NCBI GenBank assembly: GCA_003345545.1
Contig: PRDH01000076.1
Span: 37,784-101,783 of the forward strand
Length of the DNA: 64,000 nt
Direction: 5' to 3'
From: Candidatus Thorarchaeota archaeon
GTDB lineage: Archaea; Asgardarchaeota; Thorarchaeia; Thorarchaeales; Thorarchaeaceae
Made by a program: the position numbers and the translations under genes. This document shows, in pieces, positions 49,898 to 59,903 of the stretch. The first letter of the stretch is position 1, and each line of letters starts with the position of its first letter. The notes beneath the pieces are model-generated. The model saw only the letters and a list, made by a program, of their open reading frames with translations. It had not been told where the DNA came from and did no database searches.

Positions 49898-50689
49898 ATG
49901 GGTACTGAGCAGTTAAGGAAGAAGAACACTCGGTTTCTGAAACTCCACTTCAAGAGGCTATTGAGAGACATAGGAGCTCACGGAGTCGTAGGTGTCGCGA
50001 ACTTTCGATGTGTCTATGAGGAGTTGATGCACGTACAACAGGAAAGGCTCAAACTGCTCGCTAAAGAGCGTTTTGAGGATTTCATGAAGCAAGGTTCATT
50101 CATTTCGATTGGCATTGCGTATGCAGAGAAAACAATCAACGACATCAACGTGATTAACGGAAAGACCATTGATATGGAGCGATGGAATAACTATGCCTCA
50201 GAGTACTCCAGAATCAATGGTGTTCTTGATCGGATTGCTCAGCATCTGGCAGCGGAGTTCGAAGGCATGGCGATTCCAGCTACACTCTCAGGTTTGGCAA
50301 ACAAGGTAGAGCATGTGACCGATTATTTCGGAAACACTGTATCGCACAGGACAGTCGCTGAGATGGCTGGCCTCGGCTGGCGAGGGAAGAATGGACTCAT
50401 CATCAACGAAACATACAGCTGCGCACTGCGTTTTGCATCCATCGTAACGGAGATTCCCCTTTCTCCCGGGAGACGGCTTCAGTCAAAGTGCGGACGCTGC
50501 ACGGCTTGCGAGGACGCATGTTCGTTCATCAAGAACAGGGCACGACTCAAGGACTATCGAGAGAACTGCAGAAGATACATGGTGGGCCTTCAACGCAAAG
50601 GATTGGATGATGAAGTGTGTGGGAAATGCATCCAAGCCTGCTATCGAAACGGCCTTTTCAGTAGGCAATTCAGACTTGAGAACGAGTAG
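49898..50689 (+). CDS. QueG/reductive-dehalogenase-like Fe-S (cobalamin) protein
   Basis: SHRTVAEMAGLGWRGKNGL, CGRCTACEDAC, CGKCIQAC. Confidence 0.75.
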   Translation: MGTEQLRKKNTRFLKLHFKRLLRDIGAHGVVGVANFRCVYEELMHVQQERLKLLAKERFEDFMKQGSFISIGIAYAEKTINDINVINGKTIDMERWNNYASEYSRINGVLDRIAQHLAAEFEGMAIPATLSGLANKVEHVTDYFGNTVSHRTVAEMAGLGWRGKNGLIINETYSCALRFASIVTEIPLSPGRRLQSKCGRCTACEDACSFIKNRARLKDYRENCRRYMVGLQRKGLDDEVCGKCIQACYRNGLFSRQFRLENE

Positions 50690-51341
50690 AGGAACGGGAC
50701 CGGGGTAATTCTAGGGATTTGATTCCATGACTCTCGCGTTCATCCTTTCCTAAGAGCATCGTGTTGTAGGAAACGAGGCCGACAAAGATCAGTGAGCCAA
50801 AGACTGTGTACCATTCAACGAAGGGGCCACCAAGAAAGACCTCTAGAGGCAGGCTCAAGAAAGTCAGAACCAATCCAAAGAGTCCTATTAGTTTGATGAA
50901 TCGATGATGAAGTAGAAGCGCGATGCTGATCAAAACCAGAACGAAGAAGTTCAGCAGAAAGAATGCCGATGATGCAATCATGTGTGGACTCCCTTGATCT
51001 TCAGAAAAGACGCCTATAAGGATCAGAGCCAATGCGGAGCACATGCCCATTACCTGACCTAGTAGAAGGACTCCTTTTCCGAGTGCATTGGTTGGGGACC
51101 ACTCCCACATTCCAATGAAGAACGGAATGAGTGCTATGCCTGTGAGAATGCATCCCAGATTGTAGAAATACGCACCAATGGGACTGTAATCAAAATTGCC
51201 CAGTCTGCTGAGGTAATTGCTCCAAGGTGAATAAGGATAGGGATAGAAAAGCCAAGACACAAACGTGAATGTGCAGTACAGCAGGATGAGTAAAATGCCA
51301 CTAGCACTGGATAGCTGAAGGCCACCATGACTAACTCTCAA
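50670..51341 (-). CDS. DUF998-like membrane protein
   Basis: YSPWSNYLSRLG, LIGVFSED, H...S..FF, VEW. Confidence 0.65.
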   Translation of the reverse strand: MRVSHGGLQLSSASGILLILLYCTFTFVSWLFYPYPYSPWSNYLSRLGNFDYSPIGAYFYNLGCILTGIALIPFFIGMWEWSPTNALGKGVLLLGQVMGMCSALALILIGVFSEDQGSPHMIASSAFFLLNFFVLVLISIALLLHHRFIKLIGLFGLVLTFLSLPLEVFLGGPFVEWYTVFGSLIFVGLVSYNTMLLGKDERESHGIKSLELPRSRSSTRSQV

Positions 51342-51423
51342 TCAGAATAGCTCCTCCTCGGCTGATACATCACCAATTCCTGCTTCTTTCGAATGTAACA
51401 TGAGTAGCATCAACAAGATATTC

Positions 51424-51902
51424 CTATCGGCAGCATCTCTGCTTTTCCGGTAGATTCTTCAAAGTAAGGCCTTCGTCTTTGATATACGCCCTTAATGCTT
51501 CAATTCCAGTATATGCCAGGAATGATTTTCTGAATAATCTCGGGATTCTAAAATGGTTGATTGCAGTAAAAACGCAATTGCCCCCTTTTGCCTCAAATAT
51601 GTAGGCTCCTTTGGGAGGAAATATCGAGAGAGGAAAGTAGGGTTCATTCTCAGAATATTCGTATCTCTCGACTTTGGTTGTTTTCACTCTAATCTTGAAT
51701 GGTTTTCCATCAAGGGCCTCTTCGAAGTGCGCGACTGACCCCACCTCATGGGGACGCCCTTTAATCGATCTGCAAGAGACATGATCCTTTGGGTGCCATG
51801 ATGGATAATTGTCCTCGAGATTGTCAAAGAGTTCCACACTTTTTCAACATCTGCTTCAATTTCCACTGAGTCTTCAAGAATCACATCTTCAAAGAATTTC
51901 AA
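51424..51902 (-). pseudogene. SRPBCC/START-like protein split by a 1-nt frameshift near 51830
   Basis: DSVEIEADVEKVW in one frame continues as FDNLEDNYPSWHPKDH in another; GAGGT RBS at the 51902 start. Confidence 0.65.
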
Positions 51903-52013
51903 GTCGTTACCTCATACTACTTTGAGTACTCATACCACCTTTCTATATCAAAGATTCTCACAATTAGAATTGGACTGAACGCTTGGCCTAGTAACATTGA
52001 TTCTGAAGAGCCC

Positions 52014-52493
52014 CTATGAGCCATCCACAGGTATGAGCTCAGCAAAGGCTTGCACTTTATTCTGCCAGCCGTCCTCGAGGGGCCCCTTTATCCCGAGCAC
52101 GTAGACTCTCTCCTCAGCTATCTTCTTGAGCCCCTTGGCCTGCAAAAGTTCCCTCATGATTGGAAGAACCTTCTGACAAGCCCCTTCCTCAGTGGACACC
52201 TTGCCTGTCTTCTTGTCTGGCAGCGGGGCCATTTCCGTGGTCAGAACGGCACATCTCGTCCCAGGGGCAAATTGGGCCTTCTCCAAGAAGCCGCGTACAT
52301 CTCCGATTGGCTTGCCGAAGCGGCCGGAGGAGCTGAACACATACAGATCAGCAGGTGGGATCTCTTTCGGCTTGACCTTCTTGACGTGATGGACGTTCAC
52401 TGTTACGCCCCTGGCAGTCATGATTCTCTTGAATTCTTCAGCGACCTTAACACCATTCCCATACTTCGAAGCGTGATAGTACTCTATTATCAT
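52014..52493 (-). CDS. Flavodoxin-like protein
   Basis: YYHASKYGNGVKVAE, DLYVFSS, KGPLEDG. Confidence 0.75.
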   Translation of the reverse strand: MIIEYYHASKYGNGVKVAEEFKRIMTARGVTVNVHHVKKVKPKEIPPADLYVFSSSGRFGKPIGDVRGFLEKAQFAPGTRCAVLTTEMAPLPDKKTGKVSTEEGACQKVLPIMRELLQAKGLKKIAEERVYVLGIKGPLEDGWQNKVQAFAELIPVDGS

Positions 52494-52520
52494 TACTTGA
52501 TTTTCACATCCGTATTCAAT

Positions 52521-53360
52521 TCATTCTTCATTGAGTCCAAAACCCGATTGCATGAGTTCTGAGAGCCTGGCGAGGAATCGAGTTGCAGGAGCTCCTAGTG
52601 ATACCTCTTCATCGAACATTACTGTCATGTTAAGAAACTCGCCCATCTCAATCGGATCGGCGAAGTCTCTCGGCCTAGTGGAGATGCCCCCCAAAGCGAA
52701 TACAACAGAGTGCAGTCCGATTGGGATGGCCCATCCACCGCCTTTCCCAAACATCCCCACTGCCGTGACGGCTACTGTCCCCATCAGGCGTTTCCTCAGA
52801 AAGGGATCTGACCTTATCTTTCTCCAGTACAACTTCCTCAGCAGTTCTGGCAGGCGGGAGAAGACTCTCACTGATGCAGGAGGCCTCTCGTCAGACTCGC
52901 CGCTTTCACTCGCTTCGCCCTTCTGAGCATGGCGAATCTCATCGTGAATCTGCCTAAAGCTCTTCTCATTCGCCTTCCTTACACAGTAAGAGGTCGCGAA
53001 TCTCTCAGATTTCACCTGCCGTTCGATAATCATCCCAACATCAACATCATCGAATACAATTAGCTTCTTCTTACCTTTCTTCATGGCTTGGACTTCTCTG
53101 TGCTCGCAGACAGCCTGGGCAACACACTTTATCACCCAGCCGGTGAAAGACAACTTCTCACCGGTCTTTGCCTCGTTCTCTGAGATGAGCTTTCGGGCCT
53201 TTGTGACATCTATCTCAACTAGCCCGTAGATACGGTGTTTCGGCGCGAGGTTGTTGAGAAGCTCAATCGGTCTGGTGGATCCACGTGTTATTTCCCTGAA
53301 AGGAGCAACGCCTACCATTTGTTTGGACTTTGCATCTGAGTCCTGCCTTAGCGAGGTCAT
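52521..53360 (-). CDS. Standalone 2-oxoacid dehydrogenase E2 acyltransferase-like domain with degenerate active site
   Basis: EIDVT, LSFTGWVIK, GTVAVTAVGMFG; HxxxDG replaced by EEVSLG; no lipoyl domain. Confidence 0.75.
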   Translation of the reverse strand: MTSLRQDSDAKSKQMVGVAPFREITRGSTRPIELLNNLAPKHRIYGLVEIDVTKARKLISENEAKTGEKLSFTGWVIKCVAQAVCEHREVQAMKKGKKKLIVFDDVDVGMIIERQVKSERFATSYCVRKANEKSFRQIHDEIRHAQKGEASESGESDERPPASVRVFSRLPELLRKLYWRKIRSDPFLRKRLMGTVAVTAVGMFGKGGGWAIPIGLHSVVFALGGISTRPRDFADPIEMGEFLNMTVMFDEEVSLGAPATRFLARLSELMQSGFGLNEE

Positions 53361-53592
53361 CGTAGAACAACCTTCTTTCCAGACATGAGATCGCGCGAAG
53401 TGTCCAGCACATCGTTCGTTCTCCGCATACTAGAAATTCCTAGTCTGGGAGCCACATTTCCGTATCATTTATAATGTGCGGTGGGTTCACTTGGTTCTAA
53501 ACGACAACATCCACGCGAATTGGATTCAGACTCGGAGCACTATTTGCGAAGCTAACGCAGACTGCATGAAAAGGACATCAAAAGGGACAACC

Positions 53593-54300
53593 ATGAATCT
53601 CGACATCATCTGTAGTCAAACAAGGAATGCAGGGTTGCTGAGAAGCCTACTTGTCTGCGGTATCATCTCTTCCCTGTTTTATGTCGCCACCGACATACTC
53701 GGGGGTATGCTGCTGGGGGACTATGACTCTATCTCTCGATTTGTCAGTGAACTGAGCGCCATCGGGGCACCCTCGAGACCGCTCTTCGTGTCGCTCTATA
53801 TCGTGCATGATATTCTTGTGACAGCATTCGGATTAGGCTTCTGGGCACTTGCTGGTCGGAAGCGCGCTCTGCGTTTCGCGGGAGGCTTCCTTGTTGGGTA
53901 TGCGGTCGCCGGCTTTGTGGGTTTATTCTTCCCGATGAGCCCAGGTGAAAGCGCGATGGCTTTTTCCAATGTTATGCACCAAATAGCAATAGGCTCGACG
54001 GTGCTCCTCATTTTGCTATCAGTAGGAGTCGGAGCAATCGCATTCGGAAAGAAGTTCCGTTTCTACTCTTTCGTCACAATCATGGTATACCTTGTGCTGG
54101 GTGCTCTGCCCTTCTTGGGCGCAGTTCAGGCTGAGGCAGGACAGCCCATTCCATGGATTGGACTTGTCGAGCGCACTATGGTCTATGGCTTTATGCTATG
54201 GGTAGCTGTGCTGGCCGTTGTCCTCTGGCGTTTGGAAACAGGCAGTATTCAACTGAGTGAAGCGACGCCGGCAGAAACTCTGAGTAAGGATAGTATGTAA
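53593..54300 (+). CDS. DUF998-like membrane protein
   Basis: YDSISRFVSELSAIGAPSRP, FFPM, MH, GLVER. Confidence 0.7.
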   Translation: MNLDIICSQTRNAGLLRSLLVCGIISSLFYVATDILGGMLLGDYDSISRFVSELSAIGAPSRPLFVSLYIVHDILVTAFGLGFWALAGRKRALRFAGGFLVGYAVAGFVGLFFPMSPGESAMAFSNVMHQIAIGSTVLLILLSVGVGAIAFGKKFRFYSFVTIMVYLVLGALPFLGAVQAEAGQPIPWIGLVERTMVYGFMLWVAVLAVVLWRLETGSIQLSEATPAETLSKDSM

Positions 54301-54312
54301 GGTGTATCTCAA

Positions 54313-55521
54313 ATGACCACAGAAAACAGTACAATATCAGGTTTCGTCAAGACGGGATTTGAAGCTGTTCGAGAAGCCTTCGTTAAGAACTTCCAGCTTC
54401 GTAATGAACTTGGTGCCGCATGCTGCATTTACTACAAAGGCGAAAAAGTAGTCGACCTGTGGGGCGGAATCAGGAATGAGGCAACAGGAGAACCGTGGGA
54501 GGAGGACACTATGGTGCTTGTGTGGTCGACTACTAAGGGGTTGTCAGCTCTTGCGATGGCGCTTGCTCATTCGCGGGGACTATTCGACTACGATGACCCT
54601 GTTTCCAAGTATTGGCCGGAATTTGCGCAACAAGGCAAGGAAAGGATTACTATCCGGCAGCTGTTTGCGCATCAGGCTGGGCTCTTTGCATTTGATGAAC
54701 TAGGAAACAAGGAAATCGTGGCAGATCTCGACCGCTTGGCAGTGGTTCTGGCCAGACAGAAGCCAGCATGGGAACCAGGAACACGACATGGATACCATGG
54801 CCTGACTTTGGGCTTCTACCAGGGCGAACTTCTACGCCGCGTTGACCCCAAGGGCCGCAGCCTAGGACGATATTTCCAAGATGAAATTGCAGCTCCACTG
54901 GATCTTGACTTCTATATTCGACTTCCTGAAGATATTCCGAATACTAGACTCGCTACTCTCAAATCACCTAAATTTGGCATTTCAGCAATGCGCTCTGCTC
55001 CAATCGGATTCATTCTCGCGGTAATGAATCCGCGGTCTGCGGCTCGTCGTGCGTTAGTGGGAACCGAGTTCTGTCTGGACGAGAATCGCATCTATACGCG
55101 GAATTATGAAGTCCCTTCTGGCGGAGGAGTAGGAACAGCTCGTGCAATAGCTCATGCATACGGTGTCTTCGCGGCGGGTGGAAGGGAGCTTGGAGTGCGA
55201 GAGGAAACGCTTCAGGAACTAAAGGCGCCACCTGTGGCGCCTCTGCACGGATTTCGAGATGAAGTCTTGAAGGTAGAAACATGCTACTCACTTGGTTTCT
55301 CGAGGTCCCTTCCGAATGAACCATTTGGTTCGCCTAGTGTGTATGGGATGCCTGGGACAGGGGGCTCATATGGATTTGCCGACCCACAATACGAGATAGG
55401 ATATGGATATGTTCTCAATGGATTGGGCACATCATTTCCAACAGATCCAAGAAGCGACGCTCTGTGCGCAGCAATGTATCGCTCGATTGGAGTGAAAGAC
55501 CAAAAGCTCACAGGCAGATAA
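54313..55521 (+). CDS. Serine hydrolase, beta-lactamase/EstB family
   Basis: VVDLWGG, WSTTK (SxxK), HQAGL, HGYHGLTLG, GTGGSYGFADP. Confidence 0.9.
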   Translation: MTTENSTISGFVKTGFEAVREAFVKNFQLRNELGAACCIYYKGEKVVDLWGGIRNEATGEPWEEDTMVLVWSTTKGLSALAMALAHSRGLFDYDDPVSKYWPEFAQQGKERITIRQLFAHQAGLFAFDELGNKEIVADLDRLAVVLARQKPAWEPGTRHGYHGLTLGFYQGELLRRVDPKGRSLGRYFQDEIAAPLDLDFYIRLPEDIPNTRLATLKSPKFGISAMRSAPIGFILAVMNPRSAARRALVGTEFCLDENRIYTRNYEVPSGGGVGTARAIAHAYGVFAAGGRELGVREETLQELKAPPVAPLHGFRDEVLKVETCYSLGFSRSLPNEPFGSPSVYGMPGTGGSYGFADPQYEIGYGYVLNGLGTSFPTDPRSDALCAAMYRSIGVKDQKLTGR

Positions 55522-55584
55522 GACATGCCCAGAATGGGCACGGAGAAGGCAGGGGCAATTCGAAGTTGCCAGATACAACGGGAA

Positions 55585-56463
55585 CTATGACTTGTGAACT
55601 TTCACATAGCTGTCGCCACATTCAGATGAGCAGAATGATTCATTCTTCCCGTCGATGGCACGAAACACTGTAGAACCAGGTTGCAGTGGATCACCGCAAA
55701 ACGAGCAGACTGTTTCCATGTCAGTCGCGGGTCCACAGCATGGCGTCAAGACTGTCCTCTTTATCTCCTGTTGAGTATTCAAGAAGTCGTCATTATCAGA
55801 TAGGAAGATGTAGGCTAGTCCCTGAAGCAAGTCGCTCAATGTCGTAGATTCGATATCGACTTCTTTGAGATGCATGGCGAGATATTCCATTGCATCATCA
55901 ACCATCTTGACCTGCTTTACCAAGAGGTCTTCAAGGCGGCCCCATTTGCTATCGCTTAGGTTCATCTCAAGGCCTTGCTTGATGAGCTTGATATAGGTCT
56001 GGACGATATCGCCACTCATCTTCGCATCGATGACAACGAACACCTTTGCGGTTCTTCGGTAGTAGACACCTCTCCTGCTTTTGCTTTCTGCATCTTCCCT
56101 GGTCGAGAACTCCTCAACCAGACCTTGCTCAACAAGTTTGGGAAGATGATAGTAGCAGTTGTATTTGGAAACCTCAATTTCTGGGATATACAGCTGAACA
56201 GTGTCTACAATCTCAGGCACAGTCATCCAAAAACGTTTGACCTTCTTCTCTTCAACTGTTGTTGTCTTTATTCTAGTTCCATCATCCCTGACCTTTTCTT
56301 CAGTCGTGATTGCTTCCTTTATGCTCTCAGTGCCGTAACGAAGGGCGACAAGTATTGCTCGGCGAATTGGGTCGAGAAAAGACTCTACTAGCTCCGGATC
56401 TGTAATGGACACATAACTACGTATTTTTGTGTCAGGAAGGTCAGGTACCACTTCAACAGTCAT
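55585..56463 (-). CDS. ArsR-like winged-helix regulator with C-terminal TRASH/YHS metal-binding motif
   Basis: DPIRRAIL, YYHLPKLVEQGLV, YYRRTAKVF; CSFCG...FCSSEC. Confidence 0.7.
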   Translation of the reverse strand: MTVEVVPDLPDTKIRSYVSITDPELVESFLDPIRRAILVALRYGTESIKEAITTEEKVRDDGTRIKTTTVEEKKVKRFWMTVPEIVDTVQLYIPEIEVSKYNCYYHLPKLVEQGLVEEFSTREDAESKSRRGVYYRRTAKVFVVIDAKMSGDIVQTYIKLIKQGLEMNLSDSKWGRLEDLLVKQVKMVDDAMEYLAMHLKEVDIESTTLSDLLQGLAYIFLSDNDDFLNTQQEIKRTVLTPCCGPATDMETVCSFCGDPLQPGSTVFRAIDGKNESFCSSECGDSYVKVHKS

Positions 56464-56667
56464 TCAATAGCCTCGAGCAGTCAATGAGTGCATGCTCTCG
56501 ATATAGTTCATTAGACGAGGTGCTTATTATGCATTTCTATTCCGACACTGGTTGTGTTGTTGCACTTGAGATGAGATAAGTTTATAAACAAGTGTAATGT
56601 CTACACTCGATAGACGTAACAGATGTGACGAGCAAACTAAGTCGCATGTTGCGTGAAGGTGACAAAA

Positions 56668-56787
56668 ATGGTAATGAACATATTCAGAAAGCGCATTTCA
56701 AATGGTTCTTGGAACACCGAGGCCATGCTTCGAGAGTTTGGTAATGCGTACCTCTACACGCGCACTGCGAACATGGTGGTACGCTAG
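56668..56787 (+). CDS. Unannotated 39-aa small ORF
   Basis: MVMNIFRKRISNGSWNTEAMLREFGNAYLYTRTANMVVR; GAAGGTGA RBS, TTTATAAA box at about 56581, downstream hairpin. Confidence 0.5.
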   Translation: MVMNIFRKRISNGSWNTEAMLREFGNAYLYTRTANMVVR

Positions 56788-56822
56788 ACTCCCCCAAGCT
56801 GAACACTATAGCATACCAAGTC

Positions 56823-56856
56823 GAACACCCTGAAGGGTGTTCCTCATGGCTTTTTC
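56823..56856 (+). terminator. Hairpin plus T-tract between the small ORF and convergent abfD
   Basis: GAACACCC-TGAA-GGGTGTTC followed by ...GGCTTTTTTC. Confidence 0.55.
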
Positions 56857-56890
56857 TAAATATCGACTCGTACGAGTGTATATTGTCCCT

Positions 56891-58369
56891 CTAGGACTGA
56901 ATATTAGCTAGAGACTTGGCAAGTTTCTTCTTCTCCTCAATATTGCTCATACGCCCTATCATGATTCTCTGTGCTTGAGGAGAACCTGCACCATGCATTG
57001 ACTCAGCCAGGTAACCAACAGCAGCTCTGCCTAGAGTGAGGTTTTCAATCAGTCGCAACATCTTGATTCGATCTATTGCACTGACCTCATCAACCCCGAC
57101 CAAGTACTTCTCAATGATCTCTCGCGTCTCGGGATTACGGAGTTCCTTAGCGCTCGGGCATGTGACAAAAAGGCCTCCTGCAATATCCTGCAGGAGTCGG
57201 GCTATCTCATAGGGAAACCTAGTCACGTTCTGTTTGCAGATGTTTGCCAAAAGAATATCAACCAAGTAGTTCCCTGCCGGTGTTTGTTCTCCGGCAGCCG
57301 AACAAGCTATCCCACACGAGTATAGTGTTTCGTTGAGGTGTGTCATCTCTACAAGCTTGTCCTGTATATGAGAAGCCTTTGAAACGCCATTGTATTCAGC
57401 AATGGTGGCCGCAGCTCCAATGAGAACATCCCCAACGCCAACTTTACAGCCACCATAGCTCTGTCTATGGTAGGCGGCAAAAGAATCAACAAGACGACCA
57501 CAGAACTCGTTCTCTCCATTCATGAAGATTCTCTCGTTTGGGACAAACACATCGTCGAAGACAACAAGGCACTCCTGACCGCCGTAGACTGGATTGCCGC
57601 AGTCTATGTCACCTTCAGTGCTCTCATCAAGCCGTCGAAGGTCGCTGGATTGCCTTCCATAGAAATAAGTGATACCTTTTGCATCAGCTGGTATTGCACA
57701 ACAAATCGCATAGTCCTTGTCTTCATTTCGCATCGCTAGCGTTGGCATGATGAGGTGTTGGTGAGAATTGACTGCGCCTGTCTGATGAACTTTAGCGCCC
57801 CTTATCACAACGCCATCATCGGTCCTTCCTGCTATGTGAACGTACACATCCTTGTCTCTCTGCTCCGAAGGACGCTTACTGCGGTCTCCTTTCGGGTCAG
57901 TCATACATCCATCAATCACCCAATCCTTGGCTTCAGCTTCCTTTGCATACCGTATGAATCTTTGATGATAGTCTGTTCCTGTTTTCTTGTCGATTTCGTA
58001 CGTCGTCAGAAAGACTGCATTCAGAGCATCCATTCCCACGCATCGCTGGAAACATGTTCCACATCTTTGACCCAACAGACGCTGCATCTTGACCTTCTTC
58101 TGAAGGTCTTCAACGCTACTATGGAGGTGACAGAACCTATTGATGGTTTTCCCGGTGAGTCTTGATTTCGCAGTCATGAGGCCACGGTATTCAGGATCAT
58201 GCGCAAGGTCGTATGTCAGAGCAACCGAATTAATCGAAGCTCGAATAATGGGATGCTCGACGGGGTTCTCAATTCTCTCACCTAGAAGAAATATCTTGAG
58301 AGGACCCCTCTTCCTCAAACTCTCAATGTATTCGTTTCCTTTCATCAAGACCAATGAACTTCTCTCCAT
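56891..58369 (-). CDS. abfD: 4-hydroxybutyryl-CoA dehydratase / vinylacetyl-CoA isomerase
   Basis: CGTCFQRCVGMDA, MTDPKGDRS, HRQSYGGCKVG, ESMHGAGSPQAQRI. Confidence 0.88.
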   Translation of the reverse strand: MERSSLVLMKGNEYIESLRKRGPLKIFLLGERIENPVEHPIIRASINSVALTYDLAHDPEYRGLMTAKSRLTGKTINRFCHLHSSVEDLQKKVKMQRLLGQRCGTCFQRCVGMDALNAVFLTTYEIDKKTGTDYHQRFIRYAKEAEAKDWVIDGCMTDPKGDRSKRPSEQRDKDVYVHIAGRTDDGVVIRGAKVHQTGAVNSHQHLIMPTLAMRNEDKDYAICCAIPADAKGITYFYGRQSSDLRRLDESTEGDIDCGNPVYGGQECLVVFDDVFVPNERIFMNGENEFCGRLVDSFAAYHRQSYGGCKVGVGDVLIGAAATIAEYNGVSKASHIQDKLVEMTHLNETLYSCGIACSAAGEQTPAGNYLVDILLANICKQNVTRFPYEIARLLQDIAGGLFVTCPSAKELRNPETREIIEKYLVGVDEVSAIDRIKMLRLIENLTLGRAAVGYLAESMHGAGSPQAQRIMIGRMSNIEEKKKLAKSLANIQS

Positions 58370-58563
58370 AGACAGTAGAAAGACTTCTCCTACTCAACAC
58401 ATTCACTCTTAAGAGCTATGTCATTTTTCTTCCTCATTTCTGGTTGCAGATCTCGAGGTGCGATCACTGCGGCATTTTTGTGGAATACTAGCGCACATCT
58501 GAAGCGGTGACCCGTTTCCATTCCCTGAAGCTCGGTTAAGTATGCACAAGCGGCAACCAGTGC

Positions 58564-58599
58564 ACTCACCGAATGAGTTATACAACTAACGTTTGTTAG
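58564..58599. promoter_or_regulatory. Two inverted repeats upstream of tetR, candidate operators
   Basis: ACTCA-CCGAA-TGAGT and CTAAC-GTTT-GTTAG. Confidence 0.35.
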
Positions 58600-58628
58600 C
58601 CTCCACTATACGGACTACATAAACGGGC

Positions 58629-59219
58629 GTGGTTCTTTTGGAAACCGACATTACAACAAAGAGACATATTCTCGACTCTGCGTATGAGATGTTCAAAGCA
58701 AGAGGATTCGGAGGGACATCCATGAGGGATATTGCTGCAGAGGCCGGTATCAAGGCGGCGTCGATATACAATCATTTTCACGGAAAGGAAGAGATCTTCA
58801 AAGCGGTCTTCATAGAGAAGCATCCCATGTTCAGAATACTTGACGTTCTCGACGGGGTTGATGGAAAGACCGCAGAGGAACTTCTCACTAATGCTGTCCA
58901 GGAGCTCAACAATGAGCTTCAAAAGGAACCCGGATTGCTCAACCTCTTTTTCGTTGAGCTTGTCGAGATGGATGGAAAGCATATTCCTGAAGCTATTAGA
59001 ATCAACTTCCCCATGGATTCAAGATTCATGAAACGCGTTTTTGCCATGAAATCAGATATGCGGAACATCAGAGAACCTGTTCTTGTAAGAGCCCTGATTG
59101 GCTCTATCCTTGCGAACATTATGTTCAATTGGTTCGTAGGAGATGCCAATTCCAAAAGATGGGGTTCTCTTACTGAAATAACCGATGTCATTCTCAGAGG
59201 AATTCTCAAATCAGAATAG
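58629..59219 (+). CDS. TetR/AcrR family regulator
   Basis: ILDSAYEMF...GF.GTSMRDIAAEAGIKAASIYNHF.GKEEIF. Confidence 0.93.
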   Translation: MVLLETDITTKRHILDSAYEMFKARGFGGTSMRDIAAEAGIKAASIYNHFHGKEEIFKAVFIEKHPMFRILDVLDGVDGKTAEELLTNAVQELNNELQKEPGLLNLFFVELVEMDGKHIPEAIRINFPMDSRFMKRVFAMKSDMRNIREPVLVRALIGSILANIMFNWFVGDANSKRWGSLTEITDVILRGILKSE

Positions 59220-59384
59220 ACAATCGGATGACACTCTCATATAGTTTGGAGTTACTTCTCAAAACCGGAGTTCCAGAGTACTCACTCATAGAAGTGATTG
59301 GACACCCACTAGATTCTATCGTTTATCCTCGGTACATAGCATCATACACAGTATTCGGACTATGTGCAATAAGCTGAATTTGAT

Positions 59385-59433
59385 AAAAAAAAGGTGAGCG
59401 GGCAACAGGTCAGCCCACACGGGGCAGCTCATC
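59385..59433 (-). terminator. Stem-loop plus U8 downstream of the second SSB gene
   Basis: Minus strand GATGAGC...GCTCACC followed by TTTTTTTT. Confidence 0.5.
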
Positions 59434-59507
59434 CAGGTTCAGTAGTTGAACTTGTTCGTGGCTCCTGATGCCGCCTGTGACTGCAACGTCGAATACTGCT
59501 GCAAGAT

Positions 59508-59903
59508 CTAATGACTTCTCGGACCGCCACTGTAATCTTTGGCAGACATGTCGAGTTGGTCATTCACTTCGGCTATTGGCTCTACGGCCGCAGCGATCGT
59601 ACCGAACTTCCCCAGGTGAAGTCTTAGACTGCCCTTGAAGAGACCCGTATATCCATTTGTAAGCGTGTAGGTCTCGTTTTCCTTTACTGCTTTAATGGCC
59701 TCATTCCAAACAGGCATCATTACTGTTGCTGTTGAATCACCTACTACAGCATCCACGACGTGGTATGTTTCGCCATCGCTACGGGATTCGACTTCTCGCT
59801 GTTCACTGGTGCTCAGAACCTTGAAGGTTATGTTGACACTTTTCATTCCGGGCTTAAGCTCGGCTATTGTGGCCTCAATGGGCTCTCTCTTGTTTTCACT
59901 CAT
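59508..59903 (-). CDS. Single OB-fold SSB paralog without the RGG tail
   Basis: REPIEATIAELKPGMKSVNITFKV, NGYTGLFKGSLRLHLGKFG; clearly colinear with 49084-49668. Confidence 0.88.
   Translation of the reverse strand: MSENKREPIEATIAELKPGMKSVNITFKVLSTSEQREVESRSDGETYHVVDAVVGDSTATVMMPVWNEAIKAVKENETYTLTNGYTGLFKGSLRLHLGKFGTIAAAVEPIAEVNDQLDMSAKDYSGGPRSH

Noticed and set aside
49669-49971. 101-aa N-terminal extension of the SSB
   Set aside because: Overlaps the divergent gene and promoter; the paralog starts at the position equivalent to 49668
56823-56842. GAA-containing hairpin as an archaeal SECIS
   Set aside because: No in-frame UGA in the small ORF or abfD; better explained as a terminator
59393-59433. 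AUGA...UGAC stem on the minus strand as a second SECIS
   Set aside because: The stem is too short, has no apical AA, and the upstream SSB gene has no in-frame UGA
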